Source of the DNA: a virus
Direction: 5' to 3' (one strand)
IMG/VR virus record: IMGVR_UViG_3300046779_001412
Span: 32,001 to 96,000 of that record
Length of the DNA stretch: 64,000 nucleotides
Under the pieces are notes generated by a model. The model made no database searches and was not told the DNA's origin. It was given only the letters and a program-made list of their open reading frames with translations. The position numbers and the translations under genes are program-made. How positions within the stretch are numbered: the stretch's first letter is position 1; each line of letters opens with the position of its first letter. This document shows, one piece after another, positions 52,415-62,171 of this stretch.

Positions 52415-53307
52415 GCAGGTAGTTTTTCTTTGAAGCTGGCCAAGAGGGCACGGTTATGCGCAGCAGCCTGAGCTAGTCTTGCATGATTTAAGATAGCATT
52501 AAAATTTTTCATCATGTCAACTACGGTATCCATGCGCTGCCAATGATTTTCAATGCTGTCATATCTGTGATGATCAACATAATCATCTAGTACATCAAAC
52601 CCATGCTCACGCAGCATACGCACAGTGCCTGGCGTACAATACACTAACCAGGGCCTAGGAGTTTGTAACACTCTAAAAATTTTCTCACTAATGGCTATGA
52701 CCCAATTGCTTACATAGGTTTCCATAACCAAGGTTATCTTACTGTCCATGGCAGCGTCATCTGGAGTCATATTCAGCAACAGTGGAACTCTAGTTTTTAG
52801 TTCATGATGTGCATCACCAAAGCCTATTAGGTCACAATCTGCACGCACGGTGTCAAAATTTATTTTTCTTTGATCAATACCTGGATCTGGGGCATGATAC
52901 AAACAATTGTAACTAACGTGGCCTTGATCCAACAAGCCATGTGAATACAGTTGGTACAACATACGCTGGCGCTCACCAGAAATACGATTAATCATGCAAT
53001 TAAAAAGTTTACTGGGCTGCTCCGTGGTATTCAAAATAGCAGCGCAATGATAGATGCCCCAGAAAAAAGGTGCTAGGTCAATCACATTACAACTGGGTTT
53101 ATGCAAGAATTGATTGTCAGTTACCACTAGAGGATAAGCATCAAGGTCCGACTGCATAATACACACAGCATCTACAGGCTTGACCAATATGCGAGGTGAA
53201 ATCTGTTGAAATCTTTTTACAATGCTGCGTTCTTGTTGCAAACATCCTGAATACCATATAGCATCATGGTGGGTGTCAACGTGTAGAAAATTTTTAGTTG
53301 CTGTCAT
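52342..53307 (-). CDS. LVTET..TEK family glycosyltransferase-like protein
   Basis: FNCMINR, ITLVMET...ISEKIFRVLQTPRPW. Confidence 0.6.
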   Translation of the reverse strand: MTATKNFLHVDTHHDAIWYSGCLQQERSIVKRFQQISPRILVKPVDAVCIMQSDLDAYPLVVTDNQFLHKPSCNVIDLAPFFWGIYHCAAILNTTEQPSKLFNCMINRISGERQRMLYQLYSHGLLDQGHVSYNCLYHAPDPGIDQRKINFDTVRADCDLIGFGDAHHELKTRVPLLLNMTPDDAAMDSKITLVMETYVSNWVIAISEKIFRVLQTPRPWLVYCTPGTVRMLREHGFDVLDDYVDHHRYDSIENHWQRMDTVVDMMKNFNAILNHARLAQAAAHNRALLASFKEKLPAHIDHCVQSTDDLYHARSNTKSSD

Positions 53308-53716
53308 AATCTACTTCAGGCATGCTAAACAGAACAAAATTGTGTACCACAGGATTGAATCTAATCTTGAACCAACATTCTCCGGGCTCATCAAGATACC
53401 CATAGCTGCGTTTGATGCCGCCTTGTCGCAGTCTATATACTGCAAAATGATCAAGATCACGCAAGGGCTCACCTGATAGTTCTATCAGTTCTACTATTAC
53501 AGCACTTTCGTGGTCACTACGGTTCAGCACTTCAATACCAATGCTGCTGATCTGTGTGATATCATGAACAAAGTCAAATCTCTCCAGCGTGGGTTCGATG
53601 ATCACACGATCAACACAGGCACCCAGTATACGCCATTGTATGGCGTCAGGATTGCCTTTAGATCTTGCGTATAGCGAAAGTTTTTTGAGTATTTTTGGCT
53701 TCAAGGTATTGTTCAT
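53294..53716 (-). CDS. Hypothetical protein
   Basis: Probable start MNNTLKPK. Confidence 0.55.
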   Translation of the reverse strand: MNNTLKPKILKKLSLYARSKGNPDAIQWRILGACVDRVIIEPTLERFDFVHDITQISSIGIEVLNRSDHESAVIVELIELSGEPLRDLDHFAVYRLRQGGIKRSYGYLDEPGECWFKIRFNPVVHNFVLFSMPEVDYDSN

Positions 53717-55202
53717 ATACTGCCTGTTGTTCGCGTAACATTCGGTCTGCTTCTTGGCCGTCACGGTCTCCAAATCCTAGTTCCTGTTGCAGTTCAAGAA
53801 AGCGACGGTATCTATGAAATCTAGTTTCATATGTATTTTCTTGATTAATCGGAGTGCTCCAAAAAATATGACTCCACCCTTTGACAACCTGCTCACGTTC
53901 AAAATGATAGTGATCACGTAGTCGTTCATCATTGGTTAGTGGCACTTGATCTCCCAAGGTAAACGGAGAGGATATGGCCACTTTCAAGGATCCATCTGCT
54001 GCCCAGTGTTGATACCTTCGCAGCAGCGCCAGGGTTTCTTGAAAATCTTCTTCGGTCTCCATGGGATAACCTGCCATGAACAACCATGTTTGTTGTATTC
54101 CGTTATCATGCAATTGATTTGCGGTGTAATCAATGTCAGCATTGCTGAACTTCTTACGCATGTCATATCGTACACGCTCACTGCCACTTTCTACACCAAT
54201 GATCCATTCTTGACAGCCTGCTCTCCCGGCTAGTTCAAAATCTCTAGGTGGTTGATTCTCTTTGCCCCGAAAAATAGCATAACCACTGTAGCGTAGAGTA
54301 CGTGGCAAGTGATCCGCTAGATACTGATTCATTTTGCGGTAGTTTGGTATACTACCGTTAATCAAATTTCCACTAAACCTAAAAAAGTCAATGTCAGTGC
54401 GGTGATAACTTTCGATCATCTCCTTGGCTAGTAACTCGCCATCTTTGAAGATATACTTTGGCCATAAATGTTCAACATCACAAAATGTACATCGGCGCAC
54501 ACAGCCTTTACTGTCAGTTATAAGCAGATATCTATCACTAGGATTGAATCTCTGATATAAATCAAAATCATAGTTGTCCCAATTTGGAATTGGTACTTGA
54601 TTTAGATCAGCGGATGTCTGCGGAGGAGAATCTACTACACCATATAGATCTTGAGTGATTACATCAATAATAAAGCTTTCAGCATCGCCGGTTACCACAC
54701 AGTCTATCATGCCATGTTCTACTAACCAGCGAGCTCTAGAGCCAGTGGTATGTGCATCACCGGTATATTCTCCCTGAGTGAGTATTTCAAGTCCACGTCC
54801 ACCTGCTAGAATTTTTACTCCTGGTAGCCAGCGTCTTATGCTGTAACACATCAAAGTAAGATATGTTTCACTCATTACGCTGAACACACTAAGACCAATA
54901 ATGTCTGGATTGTAGTCACGTTTAATTTCAAGCAGACATCGCCGGTTCCAACGCAGGATGTCTATAAACACTCGACGCGGAAGCTTGCGTTCAGGATTTG
55001 GTCCTTGACTTATATAGAACAGCAATTCAGGCCAATAAGGTCGGTCCACAAACTCTGCAACAAATTCCGCTGCTAGGTCTCTAGGCACAGCACTAATGCC
55101 GGCTTTGTTTAGGCACGCACTCAACAGCGCAGGTGCCGTGGCAGGCCATCCAGGCGTCTGGTAAGGCAAGCTCACAATCACTATCTGTTGCTTAGAGTTC
55201 AT
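53658..55202 (-). CDS. B12-binding-domain (class B-like) radical SAM protein
   Basis: N-terminal PALLSACL...IGLS..AGG; SKGCVRRCTFC; IGVESGSERV..MRK; GYP.ETEEDF. Confidence 0.88.
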   Translation of the reverse strand: MNSKQQIVIVSLPYQTPGWPATAPALLSACLNKAGISAVPRDLAAEFVAEFVDRPYWPELLFYISQGPNPERKLPRRVFIDILRWNRRCLLEIKRDYNPDIIGLSVFSVMSETYLTLMCYSIRRWLPGVKILAGGRGLEILTQGEYTGDAHTTGSRARWLVEHGMIDCVVTGDAESFIIDVITQDLYGVVDSPPQTSADLNQVPIPNWDNYDFDLYQRFNPSDRYLLITDSKGCVRRCTFCDVEHLWPKYIFKDGELLAKEMIESYHRTDIDFFRFSGNLINGSIPNYRKMNQYLADHLPRTLRYSGYAIFRGKENQPPRDFELAGRAGCQEWIIGVESGSERVRYDMRKKFSNADIDYTANQLHDNGIQQTWLFMAGYPMETEEDFQETLALLRRYQHWAADGSLKVAISSPFTLGDQVPLTNDERLRDHYHFEREQVVKGWSHIFWSTPINQENTYETRFHRYRRFLELQQELGFGDRDGQEADRMLREQQAVYEQYLEAKNTQKTFAIRKI

Positions 55203-56196
55203 ATACCAAGGTCAAAAAATCAAATCTGTTAGTTGCATTGATATCAAAGGGACTGGCTATGTTGGTCATGGTGTATTTGCTAAGATGATAACCAAAGTCA
55301 CCAAGTATGGTATCAAACCAGGCTTTGTTCGGACACCCTACACGAGTTTCCATGTCAGTGGCATGATAGCCTTTCCAAGCCACCGTTGTATCCTCTAACC
55401 ACCAATAAATTAGTGGAGCTGGGTTGTTGGCTATCGCGGGAGGATTCCAATTTTGTATGATTATAGTGTTTGGCTTATGCTTGGTAATCGCACGCATGAT
55501 ACCAAAGTGATCTGTTACTATGTTCATGATAGCTGCTAGAATAACCGTATGGCGATCACGACATAGTGCTTGGGTTTGATCTAGATCATTGATATCAGAC
55601 AACACAGCTCTATATCTATCATGCGACAAGTTTAACATGCCCAACAGGTCATCAGCAATGTTTAAACAATTATTTTTGATGTTAGTCACTATCACATGTT
55701 CTGCATGATTGTGCAAACATACCGCTCCTAGTAAACCTATGTGTGTGCCAAAGTCAACTATGTTTTTATCTTTAATAGCTGGTAGGTTATCAATGAGAGC
55801 CAGTTTAAGTCTAATCACATCAAATGCATCTAACTGCCAGGTGGGATCACTTTGAAATTTATCAAAAGGAATTGTAGAGTCTAACCAGATATCAGCACTG
55901 AACCCATGTTGATAATGACATTCATGTCGAATGTGTGGAGAAAGGAGATGAAAGTCGTCCGGAGACAGGCAGTCAGGCCAGCTGGCATCACGGATGTTTT
56001 CATAGCTTCGACGCCATGCATTGAGATTCCGCAGGTCGTAGCCTGGATCACGATTGGGATTAGATCTTTCATCCAGATAGGCCTTACGACTAGCATATTC
56101 ATACAGTTTTAGATCAAACATATGATCTATCACTTGTTGATACCCCTGGGCATCAACGCCATAGGACTCTAACAGCCGTTGGTATTCATAGTTCAT
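55192..56196 (-). CDS. SAM-dependent methyltransferase-like protein
   Basis: KDKNIVDFGTHIG; N-terminal YENIRDASWPDC motif. Confidence 0.65.
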   Translation of the reverse strand: MNYEYQRLLESYGVDAQGYQQVIDHMFDLKLYEYASRKAYLDERSNPNRDPGYDLRNLNAWRRSYENIRDASWPDCLSPDDFHLLSPHIRHECHYQHGFSADIWLDSTIPFDKFQSDPTWQLDAFDVIRLKLALIDNLPAIKDKNIVDFGTHIGLLGAVCLHNHAEHVIVTNIKNNCLNIADDLLGMLNLSHDRYRAVLSDINDLDQTQALCRDRHTVILAAIMNIVTDHFGIMRAITKHKPNTIIIQNWNPPAIANNPAPLIYWWLEDTTVAWKGYHATDMETRVGCPNKAWFDTILGDFGYHLSKYTMTNIASPFDINATNRFDFLTLVYEL

Positions 56197-56233
56197 TGGA
56201 AATATTTACAGTGTTATTGTTGGCAACAAATTT

Positions 56234-56530
56234 TTACTGTGATTTATAGGGACGAAGAGTAGCCCCGCTTTGAACAACACAAAACATCTCTGTGCTCCAG
56301 TGCTCAACCACAGTGTAATTGCCATTTTGTGGATTCACAAACAATATGGTTTCAAGATTGACAACTTGCTCATTTATCTGCCTACTTGACAGACCTCTTA
56401 AGGCTGGCTCTTCACCATTTTGGTCCAGCACTAACTTGATTTTGGGCCAATTATCACAATGTAGTACAGAATACACTTGCTGAGCTGACGCTGATGTGGC
56501 AATCAGTATACCAAGGACCAGGGCTCTCAT
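56234..56530 (-). CDS. Small secreted protein
   Basis: Signal-like MRALVLGILIATSASA. Confidence 0.6.
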   Translation of the reverse strand: MRALVLGILIATSASAQQVYSVLHCDNWPKIKLVLDQNGEEPALRGLSSRQINEQVVNLETILFVNPQNGNYTVVEHWSTEMFCVVQSGATLRPYKSQ

Positions 56531-56546
56531 AATGGGCTCCAAAATA

Positions 56547-57629
56547 CTATTTAGTGGCCCATTGGCTAATTTTTTCTCTGGTTTGTTGATTGATACGGTC
56601 ACATCTTTTCACTAATGCACCTGATTTAATATATTCAAGGTTGTATGCACAGGCTTCTTTAGATCCTACGTAGATATCTTCAAGACTTTGTTCATTCAAA
56701 ACATCTATGACCTTGAAAATCTCTGTGATACGCGATAAATCGCCCGCGTCTTGATCAAAGGTTAGGTCATAACCAAAGTTATTGTTGAAACCTAGATGTT
56801 GCAACCAGGCATGGCTGTGACGTTGTCCAATGGCCAAGATTGCTCTACCCGCTATCAAGGGCTTAAGAGTTTTCTCTGTCAGATACGGACCTGGGTATTC
56901 AAATTCACGAGAGTTCCATATGGTACGATTATAATGCCATGTTTCATTGGTACAGTTTACAGCACAAAGATTAATACCAGGAACATCCCAGTTGCCATTG
57001 TCTATGGGTGCAAATCCTGGAGCAAATCCATCCCACTCGCGATTAATAAATTGAGCTTGTTCTAGCATACGAAAGTCAAGACTGTCCAAGGCTGGCCATC
57101 CTGCAGGATGCCCGTGATTATCTTCTGGCTTACGTACCTTAGCATGCCATGACAGCATCATGTGTTCATGCTTAAAGTTTTGCAGCAAATATGCAGTGAT
57201 AAATTTTTTGTATTGTGTGACTCTTGATGAAAGACTACTGAGCTTGAACCTAGGCGGTTGAATTTGATCAGGCGCACCAAACTTTGCAATCAGGATATCT
57301 ATTTGCTGATCCACTGTGGTATAGGTTTCGCATTCAAGATTACTCATGCCTAAACTTGCAGCATCACAAGGCCAATCTGTTATACACAACACAGGTCTAG
57401 GATGAACACGCTGACACTGACGCACCAGCCAGTCTACGTCCATGTATTCTGTATGCCAAGAAAACAGATATCTGTCATAAGACAAAGGTACATCATGCTT
57501 TGGCCATTGCAGATTTACATCAATATAAGTGTTAGGTGGAGGTGATACACGGTAGATAAGTTGAAACACAGAAGACACTTGGTCTTCTGTGTTGTGTGAG
57601 GCAATTGCTTCGGGAAAAAAATCAGGCAC
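56547..57629 (-). CDS. LVTET..TEK family glycosyltransferase-like protein
   Basis: VNCTNET...YLTEKTLKPLIAG. Confidence 0.6.
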   Translation of the reverse strand: MPDFFPEAIASHNTEDQVSSVFQLIYRVSPPPNTYIDVNLQWPKHDVPLSYDRYLFSWHTEYMDVDWLVRQCQRVHPRPVLCITDWPCDAASLGMSNLECETYTTVDQQIDILIAKFGAPDQIQPPRFKLSSLSSRVTQYKKFITAYLLQNFKHEHMMLSWHAKVRKPEDNHGHPAGWPALDSLDFRMLEQAQFINREWDGFAPGFAPIDNGNWDVPGINLCAVNCTNETWHYNRTIWNSREFEYPGPYLTEKTLKPLIAGRAILAIGQRHSHAWLQHLGFNNNFGYDLTFDQDAGDLSRITEIFKVIDVLNEQSLEDIYVGSKEACAYNLEYIKSGALVKRCDRINQQTREKISQWATK

Positions 57630-58246
57630 TAATCAACTCCATGGTTGCCATTTTTAAAGCCTATAGTACCACCTTCTGCCTCAATACGTTTGATAACATC
57701 TTCAAACAGTATAGGCGTGTAGTCTGTTTGCTCTACACACACGCAGTGATACCTAGTATCAACTACTTCCTCTTGAACTGTAAAAGGTCTAGGATCGTGT
57801 TCTGAAGTTTTTTCAACACTTACAGTTTTCATCACACGGTTAGCATGTAGATGTCCATGTATGTTAGTACCGAAACGACCAAGACTAGCCTCATGTATAG
57901 GAATATGGCTTAATATCATTCCGTTCATTACATGATATGCACGTAGTTCACGGAAGTATTTACGATATTCATCATCTCTAAAGATATCGTGGTTACCACG
58001 TATAAGCACCTTGTCACCGTTCAGTCTACCCAGTGTTACAAGTGCTTTGCGATTAATAACTACATCACCTAGATGATATACTTTATCGTTAGGACGAACA
58101 CGTTCGTTCCAACGCTTGACCATTTCTTCATCCATTTCATTTGGATCAGTCCATGGTCTAAGTTTAGTCACACCATCGTTGCGCATGAAACGACATACGC
58201 CAGCATGACCAAAATGTGTATCACTAACTAAAAATACTGCTGGCAT
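57629..58246 (-). CDS. Calcineurin-like metallophosphoesterase
   Basis: SDTHFGH, HLGD, GNHD, SHIP, HGHLH. Confidence 0.92.
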   Translation of the reverse strand: MPAVFLVSDTHFGHAGVCRFMRNDGVTKLRPWTDPNEMDEEMVKRWNERVRPNDKVYHLGDVVINRKALVTLGRLNGDKVLIRGNHDIFRDDEYRKYFRELRAYHVMNGMILSHIPIHEASLGRFGTNIHGHLHANRVMKTVSVEKTSEHDPRPFTVQEEVVDTRYHCVCVEQTDYTPILFEDVIKRIEAEGGTIGFKNGNHGVD

Positions 58247-58270
58247 AAGCTGCTCCTTTCTTAATTTTAT

Positions 58271-58299
58271 AGTATAGCTAATCTTGAAATTTTGGTCAA
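58271..58299 (-). promoter_or_regulatory. sigma70-type early promoter
   Basis: TTGACC-N17-TATACT. Confidence 0.75.
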
Positions 58300-58400
58300 C
58301 CGTTAAATATGTTGCTGACCTATTAACCAGCTGTTAGAGGATGCTGATCTCAGGGGTTTTGCTGGTTTCTCCCAGAGCACGACAAAGGCCAAATCTAAGG

Positions 58401-58937
58401 TCAGCCTTGATTGTCTTGTTCTCGTTGTTGTTTTCTCGCAGCAGCCAGCATAAAAACTTTTTCGTTGTCGTTTGTCCAGTCTTGTGATAAAGCTACGCCA
58501 TTAACACTGTGTTTTTCTAGAGGATCAAATGATAGACCAAGACTTTCCATCATTAGATGCTTGACCAAGAGATTGGGACATCTAAAATCTTCAGTGTCTT
58601 GAAAACCCATCATAACTCCTACTTCAACCACAGCTCCGGATCTACACACACCGGCATGACAGTGCACTATCACATTCATAGAATTATCTAGTGCGTGTTG
58701 TAAACACTGTGTTAATTGTTGAGCCTGCCCATGGCTACAGCGCCAAGATTCATCTATGCTGTTATCATTGGCTTCAATGTCTAAGAAAAAAAACTGATGT
58801 CGCTCTTTAAAAGCGTATTTTGGTTCAGGAAATTCCACACCAGGATCCACAATCTGTATCAGCATGGAATTAACACCTGGATCGTAGTGGTGTCCTCGAA
58901 TGACTGCGCTTAAACTAATGTTTTGAATCCAGGGCAT
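58401..58937 (-). CDS. Dual-specificity/tyrosine phosphatase-like protein
   Basis: VHCHAGVCRS (CX5R). Start reassigned to MPWIQNI. Confidence 0.85.
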   Translation of the reverse strand: MPWIQNISLSAVIRGHHYDPGVNSMLIQIVDPGVEFPEPKYAFKERHQFFFLDIEANDNSIDESWRCSHGQAQQLTQCLQHALDNSMNVIVHCHAGVCRSGAVVEVGVMMGFQDTEDFRCPNLLVKHLMMESLGLSFDPLEKHSVNGVALSQDWTNDNEKVFMLAAARKQQREQDNQG

Positions 58938-58957
58938 AGATATCCTTAAATATGAAT

Positions 58958-59935
58958 ATGACTTATGACTTTGCAATAAAATTCTATGAATGTCAACCAC
59001 TTGAGGTGAAATTAATAGACACACCACTTGCTCAACGCTATCTTGCTTTGCTCTATAGAAACTATTGTGTTGAACCACCAGTGGTACGTGATCAAGGCGC
59101 ATTTGATCAACAGCGCCTGCAAGAGCTAGCCAATCAGTGTAGGAAAATATTTGGCTGGAATTGGGTGCATCAAGACTACACAGATCTTGCTGTGACAACT
59201 CGTATGCACAAAGATATTGAGCAGTATCTTGCACAAGGCTACAATCGCGTAGCCCCTGGTCATGATGAACTATTACATGAACTCCATATCTGTCTCCACA
59301 GTGTGCAGTATAACAGTGAACGCACCACAATGCAACTGGAATGGTTTAACGATGATCAATTTCCAATTCAGCCAGGTGAACTAGATTTTGTACATGACAA
59401 CACTCTAGGAGCCATACTGCTACAAAATGCCTATGTAGGTCATCCGCCTATGTGGTTATTTCAACAAAATGATCATATCAATGTATGGCAAACCTGTAGG
59501 TTTCATGATATAGTAAAACCCGGAATCGTAATCCAGATGCAGGGCAGCACAGAAATCTTACCACAAGAATTTGAACAAGCAGATCTATATTTGAACTGGT
59601 GGCGAACAGTGGCTCCGGATTTTGTTAATTATCATAGCGAGAAAAAACTACTAGACAACGCAGGCAAACCAGTGATTGGTTATGTTATCAATCGCGAATA
59701 CCTTTACAGCCTGCTAACCAAATCTAGATTTGAGCTTGAATATATTGAATTCACAGAGCAAGCTAGATTAATTGCATCAACCTGTATCTTGCCCCCACGA
59801 TTGCCTCTTACCAGACAAGACTACAACAATCTAGCCGGTCCTGATTGGCCCTGTTATGATACCTGGCTTGAAACCCAAGAGCTACCAGAATTTGTAAGAG
59901 CAGAAATATTAGACATGATCGGAGTGCAAGTGTAA
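58958..59935 (+). CDS. Hypothetical protein
   Basis: About 325 aa; TAAATA 5 nt upstream; C-terminal YNNLAGPDWP motif. Confidence 0.7.
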   Translation: MTYDFAIKFYECQPLEVKLIDTPLAQRYLALLYRNYCVEPPVVRDQGAFDQQRLQELANQCRKIFGWNWVHQDYTDLAVTTRMHKDIEQYLAQGYNRVAPGHDELLHELHICLHSVQYNSERTTMQLEWFNDDQFPIQPGELDFVHDNTLGAILLQNAYVGHPPMWLFQQNDHINVWQTCRFHDIVKPGIVIQMQGSTEILPQEFEQADLYLNWWRTVAPDFVNYHSEKKLLDNAGKPVIGYVINREYLYSLLTKSRFELEYIEFTEQARLIASTCILPPRLPLTRQDYNNLAGPDWPCYDTWLETQELPEFVRAEILDMIGVQV

Positions 59936-60054
59936 AAATCATGATTATCACGATGCGCTATTACGCAATTCACACATGTAACTCTGGCATTTATCTCATA
60001 CAATAGAACTACATACTAATGCAGTATGTTAATTTTTAATCAAGGAGAACTAAC

Positions 60055-60129
60055 ATGGCATGGACTACACCTTCAGCACAAGATATGCGTTTTGGTTTTG
60101 AAATCACCATGTATATCGCTAATCGCTAA
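60055..60129 (+). CDS. pqqA: PQQ precursor peptide PqqA (not in ORF track)
   Basis: MAWTTPSAQDMRFGFEITMYIANR* (24 aa) with W..P...D.R.GFE.T.Y and the ExxxY core. SD AAGGAG. Confidence 0.93.
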   Translation: MAWTTPSAQDMRFGFEITMYIANR

Positions 60130-60149
60130 TCGTTGTTAGTGATTAAATC

Positions 60150-60172
60150 AACCCGCTTCGGCGGGTTTTTTA
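60150..60172 (+). terminator. Terminator after pqqA
   Basis: AACCCGC-TTCG-GCGGGTT followed by a T-run. Confidence 0.88.
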
Positions 60173-60173
60173 T

Positions 60174-60251
60174 TGGTACCCCCACTCCGATTCGAACGGA
60201 GAAAACTGCTCCTTTTGAGAGAGCCGACTTTGCCAATTTGTCTATGGGGGT
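60174..60251 (-). tRNA. tRNA-Leu(CAA), short variable arm
   Basis: Anticodon loop CTCAAAA; TTCGAAT T-loop; encoded CCA. Confidence 0.85.
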
Positions 60252-60309
60252 TTAATAATTTTTCCCACTTACTCTTATGTCTTACGTATTATTTTCATTT
60301 TTAACTCCT

Positions 60310-60386
60310 TGGTACGGATGGAGGGATTCGAACCCTCAAAACTCGGATTTTAAATCCGATACGTATACCTGTTCCGTCACATCCGC
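60310..60386 (-). tRNA. tRNA-Leu(TAA), short variable arm
   Basis: TCGGA-TTTAAAA-TCCGA; encoded CCA. Confidence 0.9.
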
Positions 60387-60397
60387 TAAGTAACCTT

Positions 60398-61420
60398 GTG
60401 TTAACACTGGATCAAATTCAACAAATACATGTGGAGCTTACAACTAGATGCAATGCTCGTTGTCCAATGTGTCTACGAAATTTTAGAGGATCTGATTATA
60501 ATTCAGGATATCCTCTAACCGAACTAACTTTAGATCAATTCCAAAAGATCTTTACACCTAATATTATCAAGCAATTGTCACGTGGTGTAAATTTCAATGG
60601 CAATCTTGGCGACTTTGGTCTGGCTCGCGACGCATTAGAAATTACTGATTATGTTGTCACGCAGCAAGTACCTGTGCACATCAACACCAATGGTAGTATG
60701 CGATCGCCAGACTGGTGGGCACAACTAGCTCGCCCAGGTGTGAGTGTGGCCTGGGCTTTGGATGGACTTGAGGACACACATCATTTCCATCGTCAAGACA
60801 CAGATTGGCATCGAGTAATTGAACATGCTCGGGCATTTATTGCTGCTGGTGGTCGTGCAATTTGGAAGTTTATCAAATTCAAACATAATCAACATCAAAT
60901 CGCACAGTGTCGCGAGCTGGCACGTGAATTTGGATTTGCTGCGTTTGATCTTGTAAATCAAGGTAGAGATCAAAGTCCGGTGTTTTCTCGTACAGGAGAA
61001 TTCAGTCATTGGATTGGTGATCCCTGGACAGAGGACGAGCCTGAAGTGCAGTCCATGTTAACCAGCATGATTCACTGGTATGATTCTAATAGTACGTGTC
61101 ATCCTCAAGACGTCGCAGATCTACAACTAAACTGCGTGCATCTTACCACACGCGAAATCTATGTTGCGGCTGATGGCACTGTGTATCCTTGTTGCTTTCT
61201 TGGATTTTATCCGCACAGCATGAAACACGCAGATAATCATCGTGTGCGTGGCTTAATATATGAAAACAATGCATTGGAACACGGGTTAGAACATGCAATG
61301 CAATGGTTTGATCGTGTGCAGCACACCTGGAAACTGCCCAATGTGGCACAGGGTAGATTGTACACCTGTGTAAATTCCTGTGCAGCACGCTCTAATGGCG
61401 GGCGTGTGCAACCTCTTTGA
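60398..61420 (+). CDS. Radical SAM protein with C-terminal SPASM/Twitch domain
   Basis: CNARCPMC; C..EIYVAADGTVYPCC...CVNSC. Confidence 0.88.
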   Translation: MLTLDQIQQIHVELTTRCNARCPMCLRNFRGSDYNSGYPLTELTLDQFQKIFTPNIIKQLSRGVNFNGNLGDFGLARDALEITDYVVTQQVPVHINTNGSMRSPDWWAQLARPGVSVAWALDGLEDTHHFHRQDTDWHRVIEHARAFIAAGGRAIWKFIKFKHNQHQIAQCRELAREFGFAAFDLVNQGRDQSPVFSRTGEFSHWIGDPWTEDEPEVQSMLTSMIHWYDSNSTCHPQDVADLQLNCVHLTTREIYVAADGTVYPCCFLGFYPHSMKHADNHRVRGLIYENNALEHGLEHAMQWFDRVQHTWKLPNVAQGRLYTCVNSCAARSNGGRVQPL

Positions 61421-61421
61421 A

Positions 61422-61497
61422 TGGTACCCCAGGGGAGAGTCGAACTCCCAAAATTTGGTTTCTAAGACCAACACGTATACCGTTCCGTCACCAGGGC
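61422..61497 (-). tRNA. tRNA-Leu(TAG), short variable arm
   Basis: TTGGT-CTTAGAA-ACCAA; encoded CCA. Confidence 0.85.
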
Positions 61498-61586
61498 TTA
61501 TTTAATATCTTACCAGACAGCTTAGATACTGTTCAGCCTGGCGTTGTCTATGTTCTATCATAGCAAGTAACACTTGCTGTAGCCAA

Positions 61587-61760
61587 TTATAAATTTTTTT
61601 GCGCACTGTAGGTAAACTCTCTTTCTAGTCTTTCTATGTCTTCCGCACAGCATGGATTTTTGCTGTTGACATACCGTTCAAGGCGACTGGCATAGTCTTG
61701 ACTGGGAAACATTTCAGCCAAACGATCCAATATATGTGTTATAAGTTGCGACATGGTCAT
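61587..61760 (-). CDS. 57-aa protein (not in ORF track), possibly DUF3563-like
   Basis: MTMSQLITHILDRLAEMFPSQDYASRLERYVNSKNPCCAEDIERLEREF...; SD AAGGA; TAAATA upstream. Confidence 0.55.
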   Translation of the reverse strand: MTMSQLITHILDRLAEMFPSQDYASRLERYVNSKNPCCAEDIERLEREFTYSAQKNL

Positions 61761-61819
61761 TTCCTTTTTTTATATAGAATATTTATTGCAGTGCACAAAG
61801 AATTCGATATTTCAAGGAA

Positions 61820-61895
61820 TGGTGCCGACTCCTGGTTACGCTCCAGGCTCTCACGCTCTTCAGGCGTATGCTTTCACTAGATTAGCTTAGTCGGC
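61820..61895 (-). tRNA. tRNA-Phe(GAA) with atypical T-loop
   Basis: Anticodon loop CTGAAGA; T-loop AGCGTAA; encoded CCA. Confidence 0.82.
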
Positions 61896-61922
61896 AAGTG
61901 GTGGCCTGTTTCTGTGATTAAA

Positions 61923-62159
61923 CTAACGGGCCCATGTTAACACAAATATTGATCTATCTTGATCCCATTTGAATGCAACACCTAGTTGATATGAGGATCT
62001 ACTGTCATTCCATGCCCATGTCACATAGTGTTTGCCAACATGGGACTGCAGCCAGGACTCTACAAGGTCTACGCCTTGAATCCAGTCCAGCTGTGGTACG
62101 ATACCAGCAGGCCACGGTACAGTGGCCGTGTACACAAAAGCATGTCTATCAACCAGCAT
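61923..62159 (-). CDS. Hypothetical protein
   Basis: 78 aa between tRNAs. Confidence 0.6.
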   Translation of the reverse strand: MLVDRHAFVYTATVPWPAGIVPQLDWIQGVDLVESWLQSHVGKHYVTWAWNDSRSSYQLGVAFKWDQDRSIFVLTWAR

Positions 62160-62171
62160 GCTCTTATTTAA

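Noticed and set aside
58938-59330. Long N-terminal extension of the CX5R phosphatase in the ORF track
   Set aside because: It is an antisense shadow of the plus-strand gene; the phosphatase plausibly starts at 58937.
60398-61420. The radical SAM/SPASM gene near pqqA as a PqqE
   Set aside because: It is separated from pqqA by a terminator and two tRNAs, I see no PqqE-specific motifs, its auxiliary Cys set is short, and there is no pqqD. An HMM search would be needed to revive the idea.
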